A stretch of DNA of 63,774 nt, the filler included, from Candidatus Methanoxibalbensis ujae (GTDB lineage: Archaea > Halobacteriota > Syntropharchaeia > Alkanophagales > Methanospirareceae), in NCBI GenBank assembly GCA_026134085.1. It is 4 parts of 4 records of this genome, joined end to end, with 100 filler letters (N's around TTAATTAATTAA, not from the genome) between each part and the next. Parts side by side here need not be neighbours in the genome. Positions count along the whole stretch, not along the records: positions 1 to 28,911 come from JAOQIN010000022.1; 3 more parts are not named here. One strand, written 5' to 3'. This document shows positions 1 through 11,084 of this stretch, piece by piece. Positions within the stretch are counted from its first letter, which is position 1. Each line of letters begins with the position of its first letter. Both the position numbers and the translations under genes were made by a program. The notes under the pieces are model-generated. The model saw only the letters and a list, made by a program, of their open reading frames with translations. It was not told the origin of the DNA and made no database searches.

Positions 1-430
1 TCAGGACATATCATGGCAGGTGAGAAAGGGGGCTGAGAAAATGAAAATTGCGTCACCTCCCTCCTCACTCTACTGATGAATCCGATTGAAAATGGAATTT
101 AAAAGAACAGTTTCTGAAAACCTTAATACTGAAGAGCTGAGGAAAGCGATTGTCACTTCAGAAAGCTGACAGAATCAATATCTTCTGCAAAAAGACTGGA
201 TCGGGGAGTTTCTGCCGACACCTTATAAAGAGCAAGCAGAGAGCAAGCAGAGAGAAGTGTGTGAGAGTGTGAGCGGCTGTAAGAAGCAAACTTATGCTTT
301 TCTAACCGTCTATTATTACCCGTCTATTATTACATATGCCGGCATATCTCACATTGACTTCCTCCAGACTCACATAAATAAAAGCGAATATAGCGAAACT
401 GACGATAGCTGCAGGATTAAATGATGCCTC

Positions 431-3067
431 TTATTCATTTTTCAACCACCTTAAAATATAAGCAACTGCTAATAATGTAATTGCGAATATACATTCAAAT
501 CCCGGTATCTCTTTTTGTTCCTCTGTTGATCTGTTCCCTTCAGGCGTTTTCTTGGTATCAGGCAACTCAGAATAGCTATGATACCTGAATATGGAAATAC
601 CTAAGAAGGCAGGATCATCTGAATAATAATCAAATAAATCATTGATACAGCTCTCCACATCACTTTTATCTCCGAAACCTTCATGTATACCGATACCTAT
701 CACTGCTTTAGCTCCTTGTCCCCGTACAGAACCCATTTCTTGGGCAACTGCATCCTTAATTTCTTCAGGAGTGTTGAAACCTGAACCTCCGCTGTCATAT
801 GCCATGATAACAAAGAAATCCAGAACAGAAGCTAAATCCTTTATTCTATCCTCAGTGTAATCCCGAGAGTCATAGAGTATGTCTGCAGATAGCTCAGTTC
901 TTCCGTTTATTTTCTTCTTAATTGCATTTATGACTTCCATATAGTCATTCCATACATCCTCCCTATTTGAATTCCATAAGTCACTCGTGTAAGGTTCTAT
1001 GTCTATATTTATACCATCAAATGCCCCAAGTGATTTTTCGTTATAGTTCAAAATTTTCTCAACATCTCTAACTGCTTCATCCTTGTGATATGGATTTTTG
1101 TAGAAGTTTGTGTAATCGTAAATCCCTTCTTCCTTGTTATCTGCTATCTCAAGAATCATCGCATGCACTTCTATACCATTCTCATGCGCAGTCTTAACAA
1201 ATCTTTCATACTTCCAAATGTTGTTCACATCTGTGCTTAGGAAAATCGTGTTTATTCCCGCAGATTTTAGGTCATTCATTAAGGTTGGCAGATCGTATCT
1301 GTCATAATCGTAAAGCCATACCGCTTTTATTTTGCCTTCGGGCACGGTTGGTGGTGCGGGTGTAGGAGTGGGGGTTAGTGCAGTTTTTCCTATTGCTGCA
1401 ATCCGAATGTTATCTACACGTATAGGAGACCACTCGTCGCCATAATCTGGCTTACCGTAATATCCAATTCCAAGATAGCGAAAAGGATCTATTCGAAAAT
1501 CAGCATTTTCATTTGTATAAAAACTCTCTCCTGTGGATTTTTTGGTGATATAGATATCTACTTTTTGAGTTGAAGCGTGATATTTTAGTTTCACATGATA
1601 CCAAACATTCGACTCAGGCGGTTTATTAGCCCAATGGGAGTGTCCATAACTGTCTGCTATTAAGAAATTTTTACCGTAGGGGTCGTCCCAGTGGAACTCT
1701 ATCCTAAATACAAAATTTTCTATGGTATCAGGATTGTCATAATAAAATGCAACTAGTGGATAGGTCCCCCAATCCAAATTTTCACATTTCATATCCAACT
1801 CAATGATTATATCCTGATGATTAGTATCTACAGTTGGAAATTCAGGAGAATAAGCCCAATACTTATGAGCAAAATTGTCAAAAGTTTTAACATAATAGTT
1901 ACCATGCTCAGAATCCCAATAAGCATATTCAGGAGCTAACGAGGTATAACCAGGATTAGTTTCAAAATCTTCTTCATAATATATAAAAGGTGGTGTGGGT
2001 GTTGGTGCTGTTTTAGGTGTTTTAAGATCAAGGCCAACATTTTCTGGAGTTGTGCCCTCTTTAGTTAATAGGACTGTTGGTTCAGGAGAAATGTATTTTG
2101 CCACAAAGATATGGTCAAACCAAGATTCGCCGTTTTCGTCTCCACCATTTATCAATATTATCCTCCTACTCTCATTTAAACTGTGCACCTTTGCTTCATG
2201 CCAGGAATCATAAAGATTACCAGATTCCCATATTCTGCCTTTAATAACACCATCTCTAGCGCTGAGAATCGTTTCCACATTGAACCATGTTAAGACTTTC
2301 TTATTGCTGTTAATAGACCGTTCATCGAATAGCACTCTATTTGAACGCCATTCGGGATGAGGATCTGAATAATATGTTGCTCTGAAAACATCAAAATAGA
2401 GAATATAATCTTTAGGCTTTCCAAGATCGTTTACACTTTCAGGCACGAAGTAGAGTATTGTTTCCTGACCATTATGTGTTCCCACCCCATTCCACCTTAC
2501 TTTCATACCAACTAGGGAATTTGGTAATGCAGGAATTATGTGGGAAATTATTTTTGTATATTTTTTCCCAAAGAAATGAGCGTAACCATTTTTTAAATCT
2601 AAATTTCCAGTTCCTTCTTCTTCGTAACTCCATTTGTTGATATCTAAACTCGTCCCTTCAAAATCATCGAAAAACTCAAACACCTTATCCCCATCGCTCA
2701 CCGCACCTGCACTCGGATTCCCATAATACATTTTTATATTCGTCTCACCATTCGCAGGAATTAGGGGAACTTTCACCCATATCTTCGCCTTTTTAGCATT
2801 AGAATCCCATTCTTCAATCCAATAACTTAACTCTTGAGAATCCGTTGAAAATCTGATATCAGAACCATCTGATTTAGCCTTTGAAAAATCAAAATTTGCT
2901 GAATTCAATTCTACCAGTATTTGATAATCCGTCAGAGTTTTACCCGAATTTTCCTTTATTGTTATTTCCCTATAATATTTCCAGTCCCCTCCACCCGAAA
3001 GACTGAAGGCAGATACTGTTCCAATACTGAAGAGAAAGATCAACAAACATAGTATAACCTTTCTCAT
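431..3067 (-). CDS. Secreted cell-surface protein: DUF2341 domain, beta-sandwich repeats, C-terminal TIM-barrel glycoside-hydrolase-like domain, PGF-CTERM anchor
   Basis: Signal peptide; DUF2341 motif 'DGSDIRF...LSYWIEEWD...IWVKVP...MYYGN'; PT-rich linkers; 'FDGINIDIEPY...MAYD' GH18-like motif; C-terminus 'IPGFECIFAITLLAVAYILRW'. Confidence 0.8.
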   Translation of the reverse strand: MRKVILCLLIFLFSIGTVSAFSLSGGGDWKYYREITIKENSGKTLTDYQILVELNSANFDFSKAKSDGSDIRFSTDSQELSYWIEEWDSNAKKAKIWVKVPLIPANGETNIKMYYGNPSAGAVSDGDKVFEFFDDFEGTSLDINKWSYEEEGTGNLDLKNGYAHFFGKKYTKIISHIIPALPNSLVGMKVRWNGVGTHNGQETILYFVPESVNDLGKPKDYILYFDVFRATYYSDPHPEWRSNRVLFDERSINSNKKVLTWFNVETILSARDGVIKGRIWESGNLYDSWHEAKVHSLNESRRIILINGGDENGESWFDHIFVAKYISPEPTVLLTKEGTTPENVGLDLKTPKTAPTPTPPFIYYEEDFETNPGYTSLAPEYAYWDSEHGNYYVKTFDNFAHKYWAYSPEFPTVDTNHQDIIIELDMKCENLDWGTYPLVAFYYDNPDTIENFVFRIEFHWDDPYGKNFLIADSYGHSHWANKPPESNVWYHVKLKYHASTQKVDIYITKKSTGESFYTNENADFRIDPFRYLGIGYYGKPDYGDEWSPIRVDNIRIAAIGKTALTPTPTPAPPTVPEGKIKAVWLYDYDRYDLPTLMNDLKSAGINTIFLSTDVNNIWKYERFVKTAHENGIEVHAMILEIADNKEEGIYDYTNFYKNPYHKDEAVRDVEKILNYNEKSLGAFDGINIDIEPYTSDLWNSNREDVWNDYMEVINAIKKKINGRTELSADILYDSRDYTEDRIKDLASVLDFFVIMAYDSGGSGFNTPEEIKDAVAQEMGSVRGQGAKAVIGIGIHEGFGDKSDVESCINDLFDYYSDDPAFLGISIFRYHSYSELPDTKKTPEGNRSTEEQKEIPGFECIFAITLLAVAYILRWLKNE

Positions 3068-3973
3068 CTATATCCCCGCCCAGACCTATTGTTCGCTTCT
3101 TTACCTCAGAGAAAACTTAAGTAACTTTCGCTTTTTTCTCCCTTATCAATTTTGAGATGCACTTCCAGATATAATTTTCACCTGTTCTACACCGCCACGA
3201 AGCACATACAGATTCAAGCCCGAACGCCTATGCCCTTTCGGTTTCGGGAATTTTTCCCTCTTCCCTATGCGCCTATGCGCTTATGAGGCGAGAAGGAGAG
3301 AAGCGAAATAGGGAGTTAACGACTCAAAGAAATAGCATAAGCGAAGTGGAGAGTGCAGGTGGCACAGACGGAGTTCATAGAAAGGTATTCCAGAAGAGAA
3401 AAATAAGAAAAAAATAAGAAAAGGAGATTGTGTGAAAATGAGGATATTGAGAGAAGGGAAATGTTTAGTTCTTCATGGATGGAGGATGGGAAATTGGAGC
3501 CTTTGCACGATATTCATTGCACGATATTGATAAGGCAAAGGAAGCCGCGGGCATTTGAGGACAACGCCGCTGTGATTGCTGACGATAAGGGAACTATTGC
3601 TGACGACAAGGAAACTCCAAAAGGCTCTGAGATGAGGAGCTCTGCTGCGAGAGAAGAGGTTGAGCGATTCTATCATATTGCATCTGCCGCCACAATTATT
3701 AAAAATGAGTTGAAAAGAGGCAGAGAAGGGCAGAAGATGGATGAATGGATTTTTGGAGGTTTCTTTGGCTTTCAAGCATTTATGTGGTATTTGTTCTTCT
3801 TCTGCCTCTTCTCTTTCTTCTCTCATTTCAATCTCTGAGAACTGGTCTGCTTGAATAGGCTTAATCATTGCAATACTCGGCGTCACAGTTGAGTTTTGGC
3901 GGATAAAAAGATTTTTAAAGGGATTATGAAAAATGAAAAATAGAAAAATAAAAAACAAAAGAGGAGAGAGGGA

Positions 3974-4058
3974 GCGGGGGTTACCGAGTCAGGTCAAAGG
4001 TGGCAGACTCAAGATCTGCTCCCGAAGGGGTTCGCAGGTTCGAATCCTGCCCCCCGCA
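3974..4058 (+). tRNA. tRNA-Leu(CAA)
   Basis: Acceptor stem GCGGGGG/CCCCCGC-A; anticodon arm GCAGA-CTCAAGA-TCTGC; long variable arm; T arm GCAGG-TTCGAAT-CCTGC. Confidence 0.97.
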
Positions 4059-4078
4059 TTCCAGACTCGCAAAAGGAG

Positions 4079-4687
4079 ATGCGGAAAAAACATCTTGAGA
4101 TGCTCCTCGAGCGTCTTGATGATATCCCCTCGCCCGATGTGCACACTGAACAATACACAACACCGGCGAGCGTGGCTGCTGAAATGCTCTTCTTCGCATT
4201 CACAAACGGTGATATCGCCTACAAAACAGTGGCTGATCTCGGCTGCGGAAACGGCATACTCGGCATCGGCGCGAAAATTCTTGGCGCAGATAGAGTCATA
4301 TGCGTTGACATAGATGAAAAATGCCTGGAAGTCGCAAGAATTAACTGTCGTAAAATAGGCGTTGATGTGGAGTTCGTGTGCTGTGATGTGAGAGAATTCA
4401 ACGAAAAATGTGATACAGTCGTTATGAATCCTCCTTTCGGCGCTCAAATCGCGAACAGGCATGCAGATAGAATATTTATTGAGTGTGCAATGAGGATCTC
4501 AGACACAATATACTCCATTCACAACGCTGAAAGCGAGAATTTCATCAAATCTTTCATGCCAGATGACTTTGAAGTTCTCTGCATCATCTCAAAATTTCCG
4601 ATGAAAAGGCGCTTCTCTTTTCATAAAAGAGACAGGAAAGTCATGGAAATCGGAATATACAGGATGAAAAGAATACGAGGGCGCTGA
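4079..4687 (+). CDS. METTL5-family SAM-dependent (RNA) methyltransferase
   Basis: EQYTTP, DLGCGNGILGIG and MNPPFG motifs. Confidence 0.9.
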   Translation: MRKKHLEMLLERLDDIPSPDVHTEQYTTPASVAAEMLFFAFTNGDIAYKTVADLGCGNGILGIGAKILGADRVICVDIDEKCLEVARINCRKIGVDVEFVCCDVREFNEKCDTVVMNPPFGAQIANRHADRIFIECAMRISDTIYSIHNAESENFIKSFMPDDFEVLCIISKFPMKRRFSFHKRDRKVMEIGIYRMKRIRGR

Positions 4688-4782
4688 TAGCGTTGATGTG
4701 ATTCAGGATGTGCTCCACTGTGAGGGCGGAATAATGAAGATGGAGCATGCGGTGAAGATGGAGCATGCGGCGTGATGCGGGT

Positions 4783-5583
4783 ATGGAGGTAAGAGTTGTT
4801 CTGGTTGAGCCAAAACGATGGGAAAATGTGGGAGCAGTTGCGCGTGTTATGAAGAACTTCGGTTTCTCCTCACTGTACATCGTCATCTCTCCTCCTGATG
4901 ACCGCGCATCGCAGCATTCTATCAGATCCATCAGATTTCAGAATTCCACGCATTTCACTCACGCGCACGCTGGCTGCACGCACATTGACAGAAGAGCATT
5001 CTATGTGGCTTCTCACGCAGAAGATGTGCTTGAGAGATGCAAAATTGTTTATACAGTAGAGGATGCAATCGCAAACTCACATATTGTTGTGGGAACGACA
5101 GCAAAAATTGGCTCGGAGATGAATGTGTTGAGGAGACCCTTTTTTGAACCTGAGAAATTAGGCAAATTTACAATGCGAAAGAGAGGAATATTAAGTCTTC
5201 TTTTTGGGAGGGAGGACATAGGACTGCTAAATGAAGAGTTGAAGAGGTGTGATATCGTCCTTCACATACCTGCACATCACGAGCATCCTGTTATGAATCT
5301 CTCGCATGCTGTTGCAATTGTTCTTTATGAGATCTACAAGTTCAGGCGGACTGCTGGTGCTGCTACGAGGCTTGCGAGTGTGGAGGATAGGGAGCATCTC
5401 TTAGCGCATTTCCGCACGCTTCTTGAGAGAGTTGAGCACAGGGAGCACAGGCGTGAGCGCACGATGATTGTTCTGAGACACATATTCGGCAGAGCAGGCG
5501 TAACGAGCAGGGAGGTTCGGACGGTTCACGGCATGCTTCGCAAGACGCTGCGCATGCTTGCGCGTAAAGCGGGTGAGCGTTGA
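4783..5583 (+). CDS. trmJ: SPOUT tRNA methyltransferase, TrmJ/TrmH family
   Basis: VVLVEP..ENVGAVARVMKNFG, LLFGREDIGLLNEEL and MNLSHAVAIVLYE motifs; start placed at ATG 4783. Confidence 0.85.
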   Translation: MEVRVVLVEPKRWENVGAVARVMKNFGFSSLYIVISPPDDRASQHSIRSIRFQNSTHFTHAHAGCTHIDRRAFYVASHAEDVLERCKIVYTVEDAIANSHIVVGTTAKIGSEMNVLRRPFFEPEKLGKFTMRKRGILSLLFGREDIGLLNEELKRCDIVLHIPAHHEHPVMNLSHAVAIVLYEIYKFRRTAGAATRLASVEDREHLLAHFRTLLERVEHREHRRERTMIVLRHIFGRAGVTSREVRTVHGMLRKTLRMLARKAGER

Positions 5584-5600
5584 GATGAGATGAGCGCAGA

Positions 5601-6359
5601 TCAGCCGAAGATTCCGTTTATATATGCTTCTGTTCTCCTGTCCTGTGGGTTTCCGAATATCTGAGGAGTCTTGTCGAATTCAATCAGCTCGCCGTTCAGG
5701 AAAAAGGCAGTGTAATCAGAGATGCGAGCTGCTTGATGCATGTTGTGTGTGACGATTATGATTGTGTATTCCCGTCTCAGTTCACGGATGAGCTCCTCTA
5801 TCTTCGCTGTTGAAACAGGGTCAAGTGCTGAACAGGGCTCATCAAAAAGTATAACCTCAGGCTGAACGGCGAGTGCTCTCGCTATGCACAATCGCTGCTG
5901 CTGACCTCCTGACAGGCGAAGCGCACTCTCATATAGTCTGTCTTTCACCTCATCCCACAGAGCAGCCTTTTTCAGGCTCAGCTCAACAATCCTGTCAAGA
6001 CTCCTCTTATCTCTGATTCCGTGAATCCTCGGACCGAATGCGACATTGTTGTAGATGCTCATCGGGAAGGGATTTGGTTGCTGGAAGACCATTCCCACGC
6101 GGCGGCGCAGGCTCGTGACATCTATGCCGTTCAGGATGTCCTCCCCGTCAAGATATACATTTCCACTGACCTTCGCACCGTCAAGGTCAACCAGCCTGTT
6201 GAGAACACGCAGAAAAGTCGTCTTCCCGCATCCGGAGGGTCCTATAACCGCAGTCACATTGTTCGCATCTATCCTCACGCTCACGCCTTTCAGCGCATGC
6301 ACATTCCCGTAATACACATTCAGGTCATATGTCTCCACTTTCACAGCCATTTCAGACAT
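5601..6359 (-). CDS. pstB: Phosphate ABC transporter ATP-binding protein
   Basis: [52 protein letters not shown]. Confidence 0.95.
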   Translation of the reverse strand: MSEMAVKVETYDLNVYYGNVHALKGVSVRIDANNVTAVIGPSGCGKTTFLRVLNRLVDLDGAKVSGNVYLDGEDILNGIDVTSLRRRVGMVFQQPNPFPMSIYNNVAFGPRIHGIRDKRSLDRIVELSLKKAALWDEVKDRLYESALRLSGGQQQRLCIARALAVQPEVILFDEPCSALDPVSTAKIEELIRELRREYTIIIVTHNMHQAARISDYTAFFLNGELIEFDKTPQIFGNPQDRRTEAYINGIFG

Positions 6360-6400
6360 CACCTCCCTTCAGGCATATTCACCGCGATTTTTCACATTAT

Positions 6401-7270
6401 TCACATTATTTTTCTGATGTATCTGTTACGAAGAATCAAAGCAGATACAGTTACTATGAGAAACATGGTTAAAAGGACGAAAGAAGCACCTGAAGCCTTT
6501 GAAAATGCTGTAGATGAGTGACGACCTTGTGTTGAAACCATGTATATATAAACAGGAAGAGAGCCCACAGGGTCAAAAATAGAGCGTGGCAGGAATGACT
6601 CAAGCCCCGAACCCGCTGTGAGAAGGACGACTGCAGTCTCTCCGAGAGCCTTTCCCAATCCGAGCAGAACACCGGTGATCATGCCGGGAAATGCGTTGCG
6701 GAGCACGACCTCACGAACTGTCTGCAATTTTGTTGCGCCAAGCGCGAGAGATGCCTCCCTCAGAGACCGGGGAACAGAACGGAGAGCCTCCTCAGACGCA
6801 CGGATTGTCCACGGCAGAATCATGAAACCGAGCGAAAGACCGCCCGATAACAGTGAAACGCCAAAATGCATGTAATGAACAAGCAAAATAAGCCCAAAAA
6901 GCCCTATCACTATTGAAGGAATTCCAGCCAAACACTCAACAAGAAACCTTATTGCTGATGTAAGCTTATTTTCAGGTGCATATTCAGCAAGATATATCGC
7001 AGAACATACGCCCAATGGAACAGCAAAGAGAAGACACACACATGCCAGACATAACGATCCGATTATTTGAGGAAATATTCCTCCTTCCACAAGCATATGA
7101 GGAGGGCTCAGAAGGAAATCAGGATTTATCGCACTCATTCCGTTTATTGCAACATAGGAGAATATGATTATGAGAATTGCAGCAGGTATTAATGCGAGTG
7201 AAAGTGTGATTCTCACCAAAATACGCTCCTTTCTCCTCTCGTTATTTCCCATTATTGCTGTTATGTCCAT
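6401..7270 (-). CDS. pstA: Phosphate ABC transporter permease PstA
   Basis: LAGIPSIVIGLFG, EAA loop LREASLALGAT, GETA motif; operon position. Confidence 0.92.
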   Translation of the reverse strand: MDITAIMGNNERRKERILVRITLSLALIPAAILIIIFSYVAINGMSAINPDFLLSPPHMLVEGGIFPQIIGSLCLACVCLLFAVPLGVCSAIYLAEYAPENKLTSAIRFLVECLAGIPSIVIGLFGLILLVHYMHFGVSLLSGGLSLGFMILPWTIRASEEALRSVPRSLREASLALGATKLQTVREVVLRNAFPGMITGVLLGLGKALGETAVVLLTAGSGLESFLPRSIFDPVGSLPVYIYMVSTQGRHSSTAFSKASGASFVLLTMFLIVTVSALILRNRYIRKIM

Positions 7271-8169
7271 TTTCTTTTCACCTCTCGTCTGACAATTGCT
7301 GTTGTGATTATGTTAAATAATGCGACAATGACAAAAAGAACAACTCCGAGTGCGAAAATTGCATGCTGATGCATTGAACCCCATGCTGCATAGCTGTATT
7401 CTATCACGATCGTTGATGTGAGAACGCGAGCCGTATCAAATATGGATGATGGTATAAACGGAACATTCGGATTTCCGACAACCATCAGAACCGCCATGGT
7501 CTCACCGACGGCATTTCCCATGCCGAGTATGAGAGATGCGAGTATGCCGGAGCGGGCGTTGGGAAGCACGACCTCACGAACTGTCTGCAATTTTGTTGCG
7601 CCAAGCGCGAGAGATGCCTCCCTCAGAGACCGGGGAACAGCCAGAATGGCATCATCTGAAATGCTCACAACATGAGGGAATGTCATCACCGCGAGGACAA
7701 GCCAAGCCGCAAATATGCACTCCCCACTTCCCAAACCGTGCTCACGGATGAGCACAACAATCACAAACAAACCGAAAAAGCCCAGCACAACGGACGGAAT
7801 GCCGACGAGCATCTCAATACATGGCTTCAACACATTCCTCAAGGAGGGCGGCGAAAACTCAGCGAGATATATCGCAGCCGGTATTCCAATTGCAGCTGAA
7901 ATGAGCAATGCCCCCGCTCCAACAATAAATGTGCTTATTACAGTGGGCAAAATTCCAAATTCATCATGTGATGGGATCCAGTTCATTCCTAAAAAGAAAT
8001 CCTTTCCGAGCAAAAGTGCGGGAAATCCTTCATATATCATGAAAATAACAATGAAAAAAACAATTGAGGCGGAGAATATTGCTGAAATCTGCAGAACGCG
8101 CTCCACCATTTTCTCATGCATTCCTTTCCACTGCTTTTCCTCATTCTCCACCTCCCGCACGATTTTCAT
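7261..8169 (-). CDS. pstC: Phosphate ABC transporter permease PstC
   Basis: GIPSVVLGFFG, LREASLALGAT, GETMAVLMV; operon position. Confidence 0.92.
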   Translation of the reverse strand: MKIVREVENEEKQWKGMHEKMVERVLQISAIFSASIVFFIVIFMIYEGFPALLLGKDFFLGMNWIPSHDEFGILPTVISTFIVGAGALLISAAIGIPAAIYLAEFSPPSLRNVLKPCIEMLVGIPSVVLGFFGLFVIVVLIREHGLGSGECIFAAWLVLAVMTFPHVVSISDDAILAVPRSLREASLALGATKLQTVREVVLPNARSGILASLILGMGNAVGETMAVLMVVGNPNVPFIPSSIFDTARVLTSTIVIEYSYAAWGSMHQHAIFALGVVLFVIVALFNIITTAIVRREVKRKWT

Positions 8170-8175
8170 TCGTGC

Positions 8176-9195
8176 TCACCTCTTCCTGCGCACGAGAAAG
8201 AGCGCAAAAAGCACAGTCGCCGCAAAAAAGATCGCTTCATACCCGGGCTGAGTCGCTGCCGGTGTTGGAGTTGGAGTCGGGGTTGGAGTCGGGGTTGAGG
8301 TCTGAGTGGCAGACGGAGAGGCTGTTGGTGTTGGTGTGGTTACAGGTATGAATCCGAGTTTCTCAACGATTTCCCGTCCCTCCGTGCTCAGAACGAAATC
8401 AATGAACGCTCTTTCAAGTGGTGAAGGCTCTCCTTTCGTGATGAGATACAGGTTTCTTGAGATGGGATATCTGCCTGAGAGAACATTCTCAACAGTTGGC
8501 TCAACGCCGTCAATTTTCAGCGCCTTCACGCTCTCATCAACATGTCCGAGAGAGATGTAGCCGATCGCGTTCCTGTCTGTCGCGACGGTCGCTTTGACTT
8601 CGCCATTTGATGGTTTGACACTCGCACGCACAGCCATCTCACGCCCGTACGGTTTCATCACGAACTTCTCAAATGTCTCTCTTGTTCCGGAACCGGCTTC
8701 TCTCGTTATAACACGGATTTCAGCGTCTTCACCACCCACTTCCTTCCAATTTTTTATCTCACCTGCAAAAATTTTTGAAATTTCATCCGTTGTGAGCTCG
8801 TTGATATCATTTTCTGTGTTGACAATGATTGCAACACCGTCTTTCGCTATCACAAAAGGATTCAAATCGGGATATCTTTTCCATTCCTCCTCTTTTATGT
8901 CTCTTGATGCGGCACCTATATCAATGTCTCCCGCGCCAACCGCCTTTATGCCATGTCCGGAACCACCTCCGCTGACTGTTATGCGAAGGTCCGGGTTGCG
9001 CTCCATCAGAATATTTGCACACTCCTGATTTATCGGAAGAACAGTTGTGGAGCCCGCAATCGTTAGTTTGCCTGAAAGTTCCTGAGCATCACACGCAGGC
9101 AGAAACAGCGCCGGAAAGAGCACTGCAACGAGAGCAACAACCGCTCTGCTCATTCTCTGATCACCCCTCATCCACACATCTTTCCTTTCTTTCAT
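8176..9195 (-). CDS. pstS: Phosphate ABC transporter substrate-binding protein with PT linker and PGF-CTERM-like (PGY) tail
   Basis: AGSTTVLPI, GGGSGHGI, REAGSGTRETF; C-terminus PTPTPT..QPGYEAIFF..VRRKR. Confidence 0.93.
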   Translation of the reverse strand: MKERKDVWMRGDQRMSRAVVALVAVLFPALFLPACDAQELSGKLTIAGSTTVLPINQECANILMERNPDLRITVSGGGSGHGIKAVGAGDIDIGAASRDIKEEEWKRYPDLNPFVIAKDGVAIIVNTENDINELTTDEISKIFAGEIKNWKEVGGEDAEIRVITREAGSGTRETFEKFVMKPYGREMAVRASVKPSNGEVKATVATDRNAIGYISLGHVDESVKALKIDGVEPTVENVLSGRYPISRNLYLITKGEPSPLERAFIDFVLSTEGREIVEKLGFIPVTTPTPTASPSATQTSTPTPTPTPTPTPAATQPGYEAIFFAATVLFALFLVRRKR

Positions 9196-9470
9196 GACTA
9201 TATAAATGTTGTGGAAAATTTATTCATCGCGTAAAGCACACTATTTATTATACATAAATTATAGAATAAAATTTTATAAAGAGATATATGGAAATAAAGA
9301 GAGAATAAATAGAAGTTGAGAGCATATAAAATAAAATAAAGAACAGAGGAGGAGGCAGCGGAGAAGAGGGCTTAATGCGGAATCGCTGCAGAAAAACGAA
9401 AAACAAAAAAAACAAAAAACAAAAAACAAAAAAAAATACAGGCTCTCAAGCCCGCAGAGAATCACGCACA

Positions 9471-9836
9471 TCAACGGCGGCCAACCTCACGCATCACGCG
9501 CTCAACAAGCATGTCCCAATACTGATCCCTTTCTTTTGACTCTTCAGTGTCCTCAAAAACGATCTCATCATCATCATATTTTGAAATGACGCCGATGTAG
9601 TTGAATGTGACGCTGTCCCATTCATTTTCTGTGAGTGCTCTACCTATTGCTCCCTCTATCACTCTTCGCTTTAGAATCAATTTTCCGTCTCCTCGTATCC
9701 TTATAATCCCGCTATAGCGCTCAAAATATGCATTATTTGATCTATTATCATTGCATATTGCCCTCGCTATTGCCATGTTAAGAGGTATTGCCTCTATGAA
9801 GACGCTCACCATTTTCATCACCTCAACAATCATCAC
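9471..9836 (-). CDS. Hypothetical protein
   Basis: Clean 121-aa ORF just downstream of the M42 peptidase, preceded by a GGTGA-type ribosome-binding motif. Confidence 0.6.
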   Translation of the reverse strand: MMIVEVMKMVSVFIEAIPLNMAIARAICNDNRSNNAYFERYSGIIRIRGDGKLILKRRVIEGAIGRALTENEWDSVTFNYIGVISKYDDDEIVFEDTEESKERDQYWDMLVERVMREVGRR

Positions 9837-9851
9837 CCGACAATCATCACC

Positions 9852-10919
9852 TCAACAATATTCATGCACGGTTTCAAGCGCTTTTGCTATCAGTTCAGCG
9901 CATCTGTCGAGGTCTTTCAGGTCAAGCATTTCAACAGGAGAGTGTATATATCTTGCTGGGATGCTCACCACGCCTGTTGGGATGCCGCTTCTCGCTATCT
10001 GAATTGCGGTTGCATCTGTTGTTCCCCCTTCAGACACACTGAGCTGATATGGGATTTCGTACTTCTTCGCTGATTCTTCAAGCCATTTAAGCACATTTCT
10101 CGGTGTGATTATACCGCGACCTGCGGCATCTGAGACTGTTATCACGGGTCCTTTTCCGAGCTCCACAGTTGTATCTCTTCTGTCAATTCCGGGATGACCG
10201 CCTGCGATCGCCACATCTGTTGCAATTGCGATATCCGGCGATATTTCAAATGCGGATGTTCGTGCGCCCTTCAGACCGACCTCCTCCTGAACCGTTGCGA
10301 CTGCCACGACCTCGGCTGATGATGATGTGCGCTTGAAAGCTTCTATCATAGCAGTGACGCCTGAGCGGTTGTCAAATGCCTTGCATGTGACTATGTGGTC
10401 CGTGATGAATGTGAAATCCCGGTCAATTGTTATGGGAGTGCCGATAGATATTCCACGCTTCTCAACCTCATCACGGCTGCTCGCGCCTATGTCAATGAAC
10501 ATGTCCCTCGCCTCAACAACTTTCTTCCGCTCATCCTCACGCATCACATGCGGCGGCTTCGCGCCTATGACTCCTCTCACATTTCCATCGGGAGTGTGCA
10601 GTATCACGCGCTGATGCAGAAGAGTCTGGTCAAACCATCCGCCTATGCATGTGAATCTTATGAAACCATCGTCATCTATCTGCTTCACCATCATCCCTAT
10701 CTCATCCATATGCGCCGCTATCATAACAGATGGAGTCTCTCCCTTCTTCACCGCAACTAGATTTCCCATGTTGTCCACTCTTATCTCATCAGCAAATGGC
10801 TCCAGAGCATCCTTCACAATCTCTCTGACCTCATCCTCATACCCGGAAATCCCATGAGCCTCCGAAAGTCGCTTAAGCAGTTCCCCGATGTTCGCCGCGC
10901 TCATAGTATGTGGATGCAC
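9852..10919 (-). CDS. M42 family (TET) aminopeptidase
   Basis: AAHMDEIG, KAFDNRSG, VQEEVGLKGA, GGTTDA, RYIHSPVE motifs. Confidence 0.93.
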   Translation of the reverse strand: MHPHTMSAANIGELLKRLSEAHGISGYEDEVREIVKDALEPFADEIRVDNMGNLVAVKKGETPSVMIAAHMDEIGMMVKQIDDDGFIRFTCIGGWFDQTLLHQRVILHTPDGNVRGVIGAKPPHVMREDERKKVVEARDMFIDIGASSRDEVEKRGISIGTPITIDRDFTFITDHIVTCKAFDNRSGVTAMIEAFKRTSSSAEVVAVATVQEEVGLKGARTSAFEISPDIAIATDVAIAGGHPGIDRRDTTVELGKGPVITVSDAAGRGIITPRNVLKWLEESAKKYEIPYQLSVSEGGTTDATAIQIARSGIPTGVVSIPARYIHSPVEMLDLKDLDRCAELIAKALETVHEYC

Positions 10920-11084
10920 ATCACTTAATATATCAGGTTATTGACAACAGTTGTTGGCCACCTTATTGACCACAAGCACGGGCGTCGGCAGTTTCACTTT
11001 CATTCTGTCCATGCTCAGGAGTGTCTGCTTGTTGGAGCCTTCCAGCCGGGGAAAGTGTCAAAATGGAGCAGGTGAAAGAAAGAT

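Noticed and set aside
3428..3958. ORFs 3428-3838 (+) and 3473-3958 (-)
   Set aside because: No recognisable motifs, low-complexity purine/pyrimidine tracts; cannot support either as a gene.
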